From positions 1 through 15,300 of the forward strand of contig JBNPEG010000226.1 of assembly GCA_051117555.1 (NCBI GenBank): a DNA stretch of 15,300 nt. The letters run 5' to 3'. A program made the translations under genes and the position numbers. This DNA is from Elainellaceae cyanobacterium (GTDB lineage: Bacteria > Cyanobacteriota > Cyanobacteriia > CAZCXK01). The notes below the pieces were generated by a model. The model was not told the origin of the DNA and searched no databases. It worked only from the letters and a program-made list of their open reading frames with translations. Of this stretch, positions 7,780 through 15,182 are shown piece by piece; positions within the stretch are counted from its first letter, which is position 1, and each line of letters begins with the position of its first letter.

Positions 7780-9086
7780 ATTGGTTTCAGCGACTCATGG
7801 GACATCAACCCAATCTAGACTCAGATCAATCAGCGATCGCCAGGCCATCCCAACCATCGGCACATGAGACAACACCCTACATTCTTCTCGTCGGAATCGA
7901 TGAGCTAGGAAGTCCAAGTTTAATCCGTCATCTCCTGAAAGACGGCTACTGCGTGCGATCGCTCGTCGCTGATCTCACCGATGCGAGAAGGATTCTGGGG
8001 AACATTGCCAACCAGATTGACCTGGTTGAAATAAGGTCTGATCACGCCAATCGGCTCGATTCTGACATCGTTGAAGACGTTTGTGAAGACGTCTGTGCTG
8101 CGATTGTGTTCGCGAACGATAGAATAAATGCCGACCAATTAACTCAATGGATTCAGGCGATCGCCCACCCCCTGCACAACGCTAGCCACACCAGTCACAA
8201 TCACAAGAAAATAATCATTGATTTTTCAAATTCTCATCTCAATCTTCAAGACATCTGGGATGCCGTTGATGATGTGGTAATGGGCGGGGTCAGCCAAAGC
8301 ACTATCCATCCGCATAATTCGGTTGCCGAATTTACGGGTCAGGTTTCGACTGAAAACTCCGGAGGCTTTGCCTCAATACGCACGCGTAATTTCTCTCCTC
8401 CTCTTGACTTAACGCCTTACCAAAGCATCGAGTTGAGAGTCAAAGGAGACGGCAACCGCTATAAATTCTTAGTTAGGGATCAATCTCAGTGGGACGGAAT
8501 CGCCTATTCATATTCCTTCGATACCGAAGCCAATCAATGGATGACCGTCCGGATTCCGTTCACCGACATGATTCCTACCTTTCGAGCTAAAACTCAACCT
8601 CAAGCAGGCACCTTAGACCTCAAACAGGTTCAAGCCTTTCAACTGATGCTCAGCAAATTTGAATATGATGGAGCCCTCAATCCTAGGTTTGAGACGGGGC
8701 TATTTCAGCTACAGATCGCTTCAATCCAAGCATACAGCCATGAAACGACTCCGCAGCTTGTTATCTTGATTTCCCAAAGTGATATCGACAGCAATGCCAT
8801 CAAAAACACCGCCAAATCCTCAGGAGTGGCATACACAATCATCCAACATGGCCAAGTTACCACAGGCGATACAGAGCATTCGATATGTCTCCAAGCTGCG
8901 GGAAACCCCGCAGAACCGGTCGACCCGCAGAACCTTGCAAAACTTTGCGCTTCTGCTCTAGAAACACCTCGAGCATGTAACGTAGTTTTTGTAGTTGGTC
9001 AGGCAGTTCACGAGACTTCCTTGCATGACCCTGAGGCTCTCTTTGAAGACGCGGCAAAACGAGCTAGTAGCCAATCTCAAGGATAA
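7776..9086 (+). CDS. CIA30-domain protein with flanking degenerate NAD(P)-binding (SDR-like) segments
   Basis: W.AVDDVVMGGVSQS, F.G.VSTENSGGFASIRTRN, LRVKGDG.RYK, QLMLSKFEYDG.LNP.F. ATGA overlap with the upstream gene and AAGGAGG upstream. Confidence 0.88.
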   Translation: MNWFQRLMGHQPNLDSDQSAIARPSQPSAHETTPYILLVGIDELGSPSLIRHLLKDGYCVRSLVADLTDARRILGNIANQIDLVEIRSDHANRLDSDIVEDVCEDVCAAIVFANDRINADQLTQWIQAIAHPLHNASHTSHNHKKIIIDFSNSHLNLQDIWDAVDDVVMGGVSQSTIHPHNSVAEFTGQVSTENSGGFASIRTRNFSPPLDLTPYQSIELRVKGDGNRYKFLVRDQSQWDGIAYSYSFDTEANQWMTVRIPFTDMIPTFRAKTQPQAGTLDLKQVQAFQLMLSKFEYDGALNPRFETGLFQLQIASIQAYSHETTPQLVILISQSDIDSNAIKNTAKSSGVAYTIIQHGQVTTGDTEHSICLQAAGNPAEPVDPQNLAKLCASALETPRACNVVFVVGQAVHETSLHDPEALFEDAAKRASSQSQG

Positions 9087-9099
9087 CTAAACTGGGCCC

Positions 9100-9117
9100 A
9101 ATGTAAAGGAATGTAAC
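9100..9117 (-). promoter_or_regulatory. HLR1 (RpaB-binding) motif upstream of the ycf46 operon
   Basis: AATGTAAA-GG-AATGTAAC; the reverse complement GTTACATT-CC-TTTACATT fits the HLR1 consensus at all 16 specified positions. Confidence 0.75.
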
Positions 9118-9123
9118 AAAAAT

Positions 9124-9175
9124 GCTGTCATAACGGTATGCCGTCTTGACAGCTAGGGTTGCCCCCGACTATTCT
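9124..9175 (+). promoter_or_regulatory. Palindromic operator overlapping a putative sigma70-type promoter
   Basis: GCTGTCATAACGGTATGCCGTCTTGACAGC (9124-9153) matches its own reverse complement at 24/30 positions. TTGACA at 9146-9151, 18-bp spacer, TATTCT at 9170-9175. Confidence 0.6.
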
Positions 9176-9213
9176 GACAACCATACCCGGGTATTTAATT
9201 CAGTAAGTGTTGT

Positions 9214-9564
9214 ATGCAAGATAAACACAAGGTTACTCTTTATATTCCTCCTGAAGTTCACCGCAAACTTAAGATTCGCGCAGCGGTGGATTCTGAGCCA
9301 ATGTCAGCGATTGCTGAACGAGCAATTGTGTTCTACTTGACACATTCTGAGCTCGTAGATGGGGTAGAAGTGTCCCACGGGCAGGCTCATCAGATATATA
9401 GCTGTCCTGAGTGCTCTAGCAATCTTGTTGTACAGGATGGTGAAATGGCTTCTCTCGGTGAACAGCCGACTGTTATCTCTGACGATGAGTTTCAAGTTGG
9501 TCAGGTTCATGGCGATGAGGCCGATGTAGATCACCGAGATAGGGGTGAGTTGGTTATTTGCTGA
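9214..9564 (+). CDS. Conserved small protein (Slr0373-like) with a ribbon-helix-helix-like N-terminus and a CxxC motif
   Basis: KVTLYIPPEVHRKLKIRAAVDSEPMSAIAERAIVFYL has a strand-helix-helix pattern; H..Y.CPEC; first gene of the ycf46-ycf35 operon. Confidence 0.8.
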   Translation: MQDKHKVTLYIPPEVHRKLKIRAAVDSEPMSAIAERAIVFYLTHSELVDGVEVSHGQAHQIYSCPECSSNLVVQDGEMASLGEQPTVISDDEFQVGQVHGDEADVDHRDRGELVIC

Positions 9565-9676
9565 GGTCTGATGTCTCTATCTTTAAACGCGTTAGTTACT
9601 TCGTGCTGGTGTGGATCGTTAAAGCGTTTAGTGTTTGTATTGAAGCCCTCGCTGTCTCTCTAGTAGGTCGACGATC

Positions 9677-11188
9677 ATGAAAGAAGAGCTTAGTATTTTA
9701 GTTCAGGCTCAGTACCCTCTGATCTATCTTGTGACCTCTGAGGAGGAGAGGGCGATTAGCACAATTGCTCAGCTGAAGCCGCAAAGAAAAGTTTTTGTGT
9801 GGACTGTTACCCACGGCATTGTTGAACTCGATCAGTCTCGTAGTGGAGGCGCTGCTCAGCAAAGCCACAACACCGTTTCTCCGGAAGCAGCGATTGAGTG
9901 GGTCGTCCGTCAGCGAGAAGGAGGCATTTTTGTCTTTAAGGATTTGCATCCATTCATTGACTCCCCTGCCGTAACTCGATGGTTACGGGATGCGATCGCC
10001 GGATTCAAAGGGTCGCAGAAAACCATCATCCTAATGTCTCCTTTGCAGCAGATTCCCATTGAGCTCGAGAAAGAGGTTGCTGTACTTGATTTTCCGCTTC
10101 CAAATATGGGAGAACTCAATCAAGTGTTGTCTAACCAGCTAGACCAGATTCGAACTCGTCGCATTACGACAGATACCCGTGAAAAGCTGCTTAAGGCAGC
10201 GTTAGGGTTGACTCACGACGAAGCTGAAAAGGTTTATCGAAAAGCTCATGTAACTGCTGGAAGGCTCACTGAGGAAGAGGTCGATATCGTCCTTTCAGAA
10301 AAGAAGCAGCTCATCCGGCGAAACGGAATTCTCGAATATATTGAAGAAGACGAAACTATTGATTCAGTAGGTGGTTTGACGGAGTTGAAGCATTGGCTAC
10401 AGCAACGGTCTAATGCTTTTACTGAGCGTGCACGTGAATATGGTCTTCCTCAACCTAAGGGCATGTTGATTCTAGGTGTTCCTGGATGCGGTAAGTCGCT
10501 CATCGCCAAGACAACATCCCGTTTATGGGGACTACCTTTGCTGAGACTCGATATGGGACGGGTATATGATGGTTCCATGGTAGGCCGTTCCGAAGCAAAT
10601 CTTCGAAATGCCCTGAAGACTGCTGAATCAATTTCACCCGCCATTCTATTCATCGATGAAATTGATAAGGCGTTTGCTGGAAGTACGGGTTCAGCAGACT
10701 CTGATGGTGGAACGTCAAGTCGAATCTTTGGTTCATTCTTAACTTGGATGCAAGAAAAGTCGTCTCCTGTATTTGTGATGGCTACTGCAAACCGGGTTGA
10801 GCGCCTGCCAGGCGAGTTCCTTAGAAAGGGACGATTCGACGAAATATTTTTCGTCGATCTGCCAAACGCTGAAGAGCGTAAAGAGATTTTCAAGATTCAT
10901 CTTTCCAAGCGGCGTCGTGATATTGCTCGATTTGATCTTGACCAATTAGCGAATGTTTGTGATGGGTTCTCCGGAGCGGAAATTGAGCAAGCTCTGGTAG
11001 CAGCTATGTATGAAGCGTTCGCTCAAGATCGTGAGTTTACTCAGCTCGACATTATTGCAGCAATTAAATCGACATTGCCGCTCTCCAGGACAATGAATGA
11101 GCAGGTGACGGCCCTGCGCGATTGGGCCAGGCAGCGAGCGAGACCCGCTGCGTCATCGGTTGCTGAATATCAGCGACTGGAGTTCTAA
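9677..11188 (+). CDS. ycf46: Ycf46 family AAA+ ATPase
   Basis: YPLIYLVTSEEER N-terminus, degenerate first module (FKDLHPF), Walker A GVPGCGKS, Walker B ILFIDEID, SRH PGEFLRKGRFDE; followed by a DUF1257 gene. Confidence 0.92.
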   Translation: MKEELSILVQAQYPLIYLVTSEEERAISTIAQLKPQRKVFVWTVTHGIVELDQSRSGGAAQQSHNTVSPEAAIEWVVRQREGGIFVFKDLHPFIDSPAVTRWLRDAIAGFKGSQKTIILMSPLQQIPIELEKEVAVLDFPLPNMGELNQVLSNQLDQIRTRRITTDTREKLLKAALGLTHDEAEKVYRKAHVTAGRLTEEEVDIVLSEKKQLIRRNGILEYIEEDETIDSVGGLTELKHWLQQRSNAFTERAREYGLPQPKGMLILGVPGCGKSLIAKTTSRLWGLPLLRLDMGRVYDGSMVGRSEANLRNALKTAESISPAILFIDEIDKAFAGSTGSADSDGGTSSRIFGSFLTWMQEKSSPVFVMATANRVERLPGEFLRKGRFDEIFFVDLPNAEERKEIFKIHLSKRRRDIARFDLDQLANVCDGFSGAEIEQALVAAMYEAFAQDREFTQLDIIAAIKSTLPLSRTMNEQVTALRDWARQRARPAASSVAEYQRLEF

Positions 11189-11190
11189 CA

Positions 11191-11292
11191 GGCTTTCTTT
11201 CCTGTTCTTGGCAGGAAGAAGGGCTAGCATGATTAATGCTAGCAGTATCAATTAAGTCGTAGGTCGGCATTCCAACCGTCGGATTATACGGC
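11191..11292 (+). other. Structured intergenic region (three consecutive hairpins) between ycf46 and ycf35
   Basis: TTCCTG/CAGGAA (11199-11217), GCTAGCAT/ATGCTAGC (11223-11243), GTCGTA/TACGGC (11256-11292). No U-tract follows; AGGAGG at 11331-11336. Confidence 0.5.
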
Positions 11293-11344
11293 TCCACACC
11301 CTAAACGTTGTCGTTCTCTCATTTCTCTACAGGAGGAAATCCGA

Positions 11345-11698
11345 ATGTCTCACTTTAGCACTCTACGCACTAAGATCACTGATGCTGAAATTCTGAAGGC
11401 TTCTTTGCGTGACTTAGGTATCTCGGTCAAAACCAATGCAGATGTTCGTGGCTACAATGGTCAGCGCGTTCGTTCTGACATCGTAGCTTTACTCGAAGGT
11501 GAGTACGATCTGGGTTGGTCTCGCAATAGCGATGGTTCCTTTGATCTAATTGCAGATCTTTGGGGTGTTGCTAAGAAGCACAATCAGACTGAGTTGATTA
11601 ACTCGATCAACCAAAAGTATGCAGTGAACAAGACTCTCTCAGAGGTTAAGCGTCCCGGCTTGCAAAACGCTAATGTCAAGCTGGTTCTGCAAAAGTAG
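11345..11698 (+). CDS. ycf35: Ycf35 / DUF1257 family protein
   Basis: MSHFSTLRTKITD...L..SL.DLG, VRGYNGQ, YDLGW..N.DGSFDLIADLW, INQKYA; strong Shine-Dalgarno. Confidence 0.9.
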   Translation: MSHFSTLRTKITDAEILKASLRDLGISVKTNADVRGYNGQRVRSDIVALLEGEYDLGWSRNSDGSFDLIADLWGVAKKHNQTELINSINQKYAVNKTLSEVKRPGLQNANVKLVLQK

Positions 11699-11721
11699 TT
11701 TCTCTGAGCGTTCCCAAATTG

Positions 11722-11757
11722 GTGGGTTAGCCTAAGGCAGGTTAACCCACTTTTCTT
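11722..11757 (+). terminator. Rho-independent terminator of the ycf46-ycf35 operon
   Basis: 12-bp stem GTGGGTTAGCCT / AGGTTAACCCAC (one G-U), 5-nt loop, then TTTTCTT; begins 24 nt after the ycf35 stop. Confidence 0.85.
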
Positions 11758-12029
11758 AATCTTTTTGATGGGACAATGCTCTACGTGTCATTAAACTCTA
11801 AACTGGAGATTTGATTCCTCTTCTGGAGTCTAACTTCACCGATATGAGCTTGACCGAATCCATGGTCTTTATCAAATTTAAGATTTTGAGGATTTACCGA
11901 TATTTCTGGTTAACATAGTTAGACATCAGCACGTTCATCCCGGTTGATATTTTCTCAGATTAAAAATCATGCGTTGACATGAGAAACTAGATTTGGGATT
12001 GTTTTAAAACCTATTGTTCTTGACTTTTC

Positions 12030-12713
12030 ATGCAGACTGAAGCTTTTAGTGAGCTTTTTCCGCTTTTCAGTTCCGCCAGCCCAGAAACTCTGGATTGGCT
12101 TTTATCTATTGCTGTTGAGCACGACTATCCGGCTGAGCGAGCTGTCCTCATGGAGGATGCTTGGGGTAATGCTGTGTACTTTGTTGAGTCTGGATGGGTT
12201 AAGGTTCGTCGCCATACGGGTGATGAAGTCGTGACTCTCGCAATTCTAGGGAAGGGAGATTTCTTCGGAGAAATGGCAATTCTGGATGAATCTCCCCGCT
12301 CCACCGATGTAATTGCGCTTTCCCCTGTAAAGTTGCTTAGCATATCAGCTCAGCGATTTATCCAAACTCTCTTTAAAGATTCGCAACTGCATCATCGTAT
12401 GCTTCAGCTCATGGTTAAGCGGTTACGTCAGACTAACCTAAGATTTCAGCTTCGGCATCAGCCTCCCGCAATCAAGCTAGCGAACACCCTGGTTTATCTG
12501 GGTGAAACCTATGGTTCACCATCCGAACAAGGAACCGAGATATTTGATATTCCCCATAAAGATTTAGCAGATGTCAGTGACATTGGAGTTGAGGAAGCTA
12601 CCAAAATTATGGAGAAGCTCGCCGATAAAGGGTGGGTTAAGGTAGTTCCAGAACATCAGTCACTTCACTTGGTCAACATGAAGCAGTTGGTTCATCTGGC
12701 AGGTCGAATTTAA
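12030..12713 (+). CDS. Crp/Fnr-family transcriptional regulator
   Basis: cNMP-binding domain (VYFVESGWVKV, GDFFGEMAILDESPRSTDV) and a C-terminal HTH-like region (IPHKDLADVSDIGVEEATKIMEKL). Confidence 0.9.
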   Translation: MQTEAFSELFPLFSSASPETLDWLLSIAVEHDYPAERAVLMEDAWGNAVYFVESGWVKVRRHTGDEVVTLAILGKGDFFGEMAILDESPRSTDVIALSPVKLLSISAQRFIQTLFKDSQLHHRMLQLMVKRLRQTNLRFQLRHQPPAIKLANTLVYLGETYGSPSEQGTEIFDIPHKDLADVSDIGVEEATKIMEKLADKGWVKVVPEHQSLHLVNMKQLVHLAGRI

Positions 12714-12718
12714 GCACG

Positions 12719-13306
12719 TTAATCATTACAATCGCGATTCACTACCGTTCCGTCTGGCATAGTCGTATTGCACAAAATTGCGTCCTCTAGACGTGCTCTC
12801 CGAATGAATGCATTAGTCAGTTGAGCATTTTCGAGGTTTGCTCCGGTTAGGTTAGCTCCAATGAGAAATGCGTTTCTTAATCGAGCTCCCCTCAAATTAG
12901 CTCCCCTTAAATTTGCACGAAATAAATTAGCATCATTGAGCATCACGCGACGCAAATCTGCATGACTTAAATCCGCATTGTAGAGGCGTGCTTCGCGCAA
13001 ATTTGCCCCTCTCAAACGAGCTGAACTTAGATTGGCCAGGCTCATATCAGCAGCAAACAAATTTGCCGTGATCAAAGTAGCCTGAATCAAGACCGTTCCT
13101 CGCAGGTCTGCGTTCTGTAAGTCGGCATTTCTTAAATCGATATTGGCTAAGTCGGCTGCAATTAAATCACAGTCAGGACATTGCCTCGTCTCGTAAAGTC
13201 GCCTTACATCTGCAATATTTTCAGCTTGACTTGGAGGTGGCGTTATCCAACCCGTAAACAGCATTACCCCAACAAGCGAAAGATTGGCAAGCGTAAATTT
13301 CATCAT
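12719..13306 (-). CDS. Pentapeptide-repeat protein with signal peptide
   Basis: A(D/N)Lxx repeats throughout, hydrophobic N-terminus ending SQA, QCPDCDL cap and LCNTTMPDG...NRDC end. Confidence 0.92.
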   Translation of the reverse strand: MMKFTLANLSLVGVMLFTGWITPPPSQAENIADVRRLYETRQCPDCDLIAADLANIDLRNADLQNADLRGTVLIQATLITANLFAADMSLANLSSARLRGANLREARLYNADLSHADLRRVMLNDANLFRANLRGANLRGARLRNAFLIGANLTGANLENAQLTNAFIRRARLEDAILCNTTMPDGTVVNRDCND

Positions 13307-13380
13307 CGAAACATATTACGACCGAGAAGATTGCTATTAGCATATTCTACGATGAGTCAGGGTGCGAACGTTTCGCGACT

Positions 13381-14148
13381 CTAGTCGGGGCGATCGCTCA
13401 GTATTCCATCTTCTAAATGAACTACGCGATCAGCCACGCTCTGAATCCGAGGGTCATGAGTGACCATCAACACCGTATGTCCGGCATCTGTGGCGAGTTT
13501 TCGCAGAAGTTCGATGACAGCTTGCCCACTTTGAGAATCGAGAGCTGCTGTGGGTTCATCCGCCATAATCAATGCCGGCTCACTTGCTAGAGCACGGGCG
13601 ATCGCCACCCTCTGTTTTTGCCCACCTGATAAGTCACGAGGAAGCGACCTGACCTTATCTTGAAGCCCGACCTGTTCGAGGAGACGTGGAGCTTCCAAGC
13701 GCGCAGCGCGCGGACGCATCCCTTTCATCTTTAAGGCAACCTCCACATTTTCTGCTGCCGTAAGCGCTGGAAATAGATTAAACCCTTGAAATATAAAGCC
13801 GATATTGTTGAGGCGAAATTTTGCGAGCTGCGATCGCGACATTTGGGTAATATCTCGACCTAAGAGACTCACATGCCCTGCTGTGGGTTGTAGAATACCG
13901 CCCAAAATTGACAAGAGCGTTGTCTTACCAGAACCAGAGGGCCCCATTAACAGTTGAACATCGCCCTTGCGGATGTTCAAATCAATCCCCTTCAACACCT
14001 GATAGCGTTGATTTCCTGACTGAAAGACCATATCTACTCCTTCAGCCGAAATCGCACAACTATTTATTTGGGCTGCGCCGACTGCAGCAGGATTATGCTG
14101 CCGGGCGATCGCAGTAGATTTGGGATAAGTCATGAACGAAGTAGTCAT
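13381..14148 (-). CDS. ABC transporter ATP-binding protein (DevA/LolD-like)
   Basis: Walker A GPSGSGKT, IGFIFQGFNL, signature LSGGQKQRVAIARAL, Walker B IMADEPT, VTHD; GAGG just upstream of the ATG. Confidence 0.93.
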   Translation of the reverse strand: MTTSFMTYPKSTAIARQHNPAAVGAAQINSCAISAEGVDMVFQSGNQRYQVLKGIDLNIRKGDVQLLMGPSGSGKTTLLSILGGILQPTAGHVSLLGRDITQMSRSQLAKFRLNNIGFIFQGFNLFPALTAAENVEVALKMKGMRPRAARLEAPRLLEQVGLQDKVRSLPRDLSGGQKQRVAIARALASEPALIMADEPTAALDSQSGQAVIELLRKLATDAGHTVLMVTHDPRIQSVADRVVHLEDGILSDRPD

Positions 14149-14571
14149 TGAGCCTCACAAGCAGGAACTAATGCGCTTATTGCAATCTAACGATTGGTTT
14201 GCAAAGTGTAAAGAAGAACTGTCTCAAGGTTATATGAAGAAACAAAAGAATTACTTCGCCTATATGATTCACCTTTTTGGGTGAAATTTAGGAACCATAC
14301 TTCTGGGTTAAGAAAGTATATAAAACTTTCGTGAAAGTTGGATTTTACCTTCTAATTTTCACTTCTTTATTGATTTATTTCTCTGCTGCAATAAATTCTC
14401 AAACATTTTGAAGACTTTAACCGTAACGACATCTCAGACAGACAAGCTATAACAGATAAATTTGGAAAACTTACTCGTCTATAATGATTCATCAATCTGA
14501 GTCTGCCCTATTCCGGAAATGAAAATCTCCTAATAATTTGCTGAGAGTTCTCACTAGTAAGTTCTACTGAC

Positions 14572-14663
14572 TATATCAATCTCAGATGGGTTGTGAGTGG
14601 TGGGGCGGGCGGCACCCGCCCCACCACTCACACACAATTCACAAGCGATTTAGGATCGCTATA
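14572..14663 (-). mobile_element. MITE copy 2 (inverted relative to copy 1)
   Basis: Reverse complement matches 4011-4102 at 90/92 positions; TA at both ends (14572-14573, 14662-14663); flanks unrelated to those of copy 1. Confidence 0.85.
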
Positions 14664-14790
14664 CCAGTGCCTCTCCCCATATCAATCAGTACACACCAAA
14701 TAAGCAGCGCATCGATGCCAACGGATTAAAATCTGTGGCTATACAACAATAAGTGCGCTTTCGTGGATTAGTAGATTTAAAGTCTTTATC

Positions 14791-14828
14791 AACAGAAAAA
14801 CACCTGATCACAATGCGATCAGGTGCTC
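14791..14828 (-). terminator. Rho-independent terminator on the - strand with no adjacent ORF
   Basis: - strand: GAGCACCTGATCGC-ATT-GTGATCAGGTG-TTTTTCTGTT (9 perfect pairs plus G-U/C-G extension, then a U-tract). Confidence 0.75.
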
Positions 14829-14870
14829 AGCGAGGTGTTCCCATGAACGCGCAGTATTGTTAGTGTGCCC
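14791..14870 (-). ncRNA. Candidate small regulatory RNA (5' end approximate)
   Basis: Orphan terminator preceded by GCGTTCATGGGAACACCTCGCT, containing an ACACCTC anti-Shine-Dalgarno-like tract. The nearest upstream same-strand stop is over 300 nt away. Confidence 0.4.
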
Positions 14871-14991
14871 ATCTAGTTTTTTTACTACCCGATAAGGTCT
14901 TATTGATCGCTAAATTCGGTAGAGGTTTAGGGAAACATGATTATATACTTCTCAGCATATTTAGCTAAATCAAAGTCTCTGATTCTTGCTT

Positions 14992-15103
14992 CCTAAGCTC
15001 GACTTTATCCATTCGGAATTGGAGCCATTCTTAGCGCTAACTGAAAGGCAAGCAGGTTCTCTTTTTTTTAAGGGCTTCAGAAATTGGATAAAGTCGAGCT
15101 AGG
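14992..15103. repeat. 112-bp element bounded by perfect 16-bp inverted repeats (MITE or long RNA hairpin)
   Basis: AGCTCGACTTTATCCA (14996-15011) / TGGATAAAGTCGAGCT (15085-15100), extended by CCT/AGG after a 1-nt bulge; inner stem TGGAGCC/GGCTTCA. Confidence 0.75.
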
Positions 15104-15182
15104 CATGACTCATCCTCGGTAATTAAGGTCAGTTCTTGCTCTATCACTCTAGAACCTATGATTCATTCTCGTTTATGTAGAC

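Larger units (their letters stand above)
181..14112. repeat. Dispersed HIP1 octamers (GCGATCGC)
   Basis: About 24 copies by hand count (e.g. 181, 296, 411, 1600, 2666, 4313, 9992, 14105), far above random expectation for an 8-mer in 15 kb. A hallmark of cyanobacterial genomes. Confidence 0.95.

Noticed and set aside
12719..13306. 15-bp periodicity as a DNA repeat element
   Set aside because: Fully explained by the pentapeptide-repeat protein.
8170..13380. HIP1-poor stretch (one site seen in about 5 kb) as a sign of horizontal transfer
   Set aside because: The genes are typical conserved cyanobacterial genes and no integration signatures are visible; a hand count is too weak to support the claim.
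814..14117. Remaining short ORF-track entries (e.g. 1269-1787, 1765-2226, 10450-10893)
   Set aside because: They are antisense or alternate-frame shadows of well-supported genes and carry no recognisable motifs.
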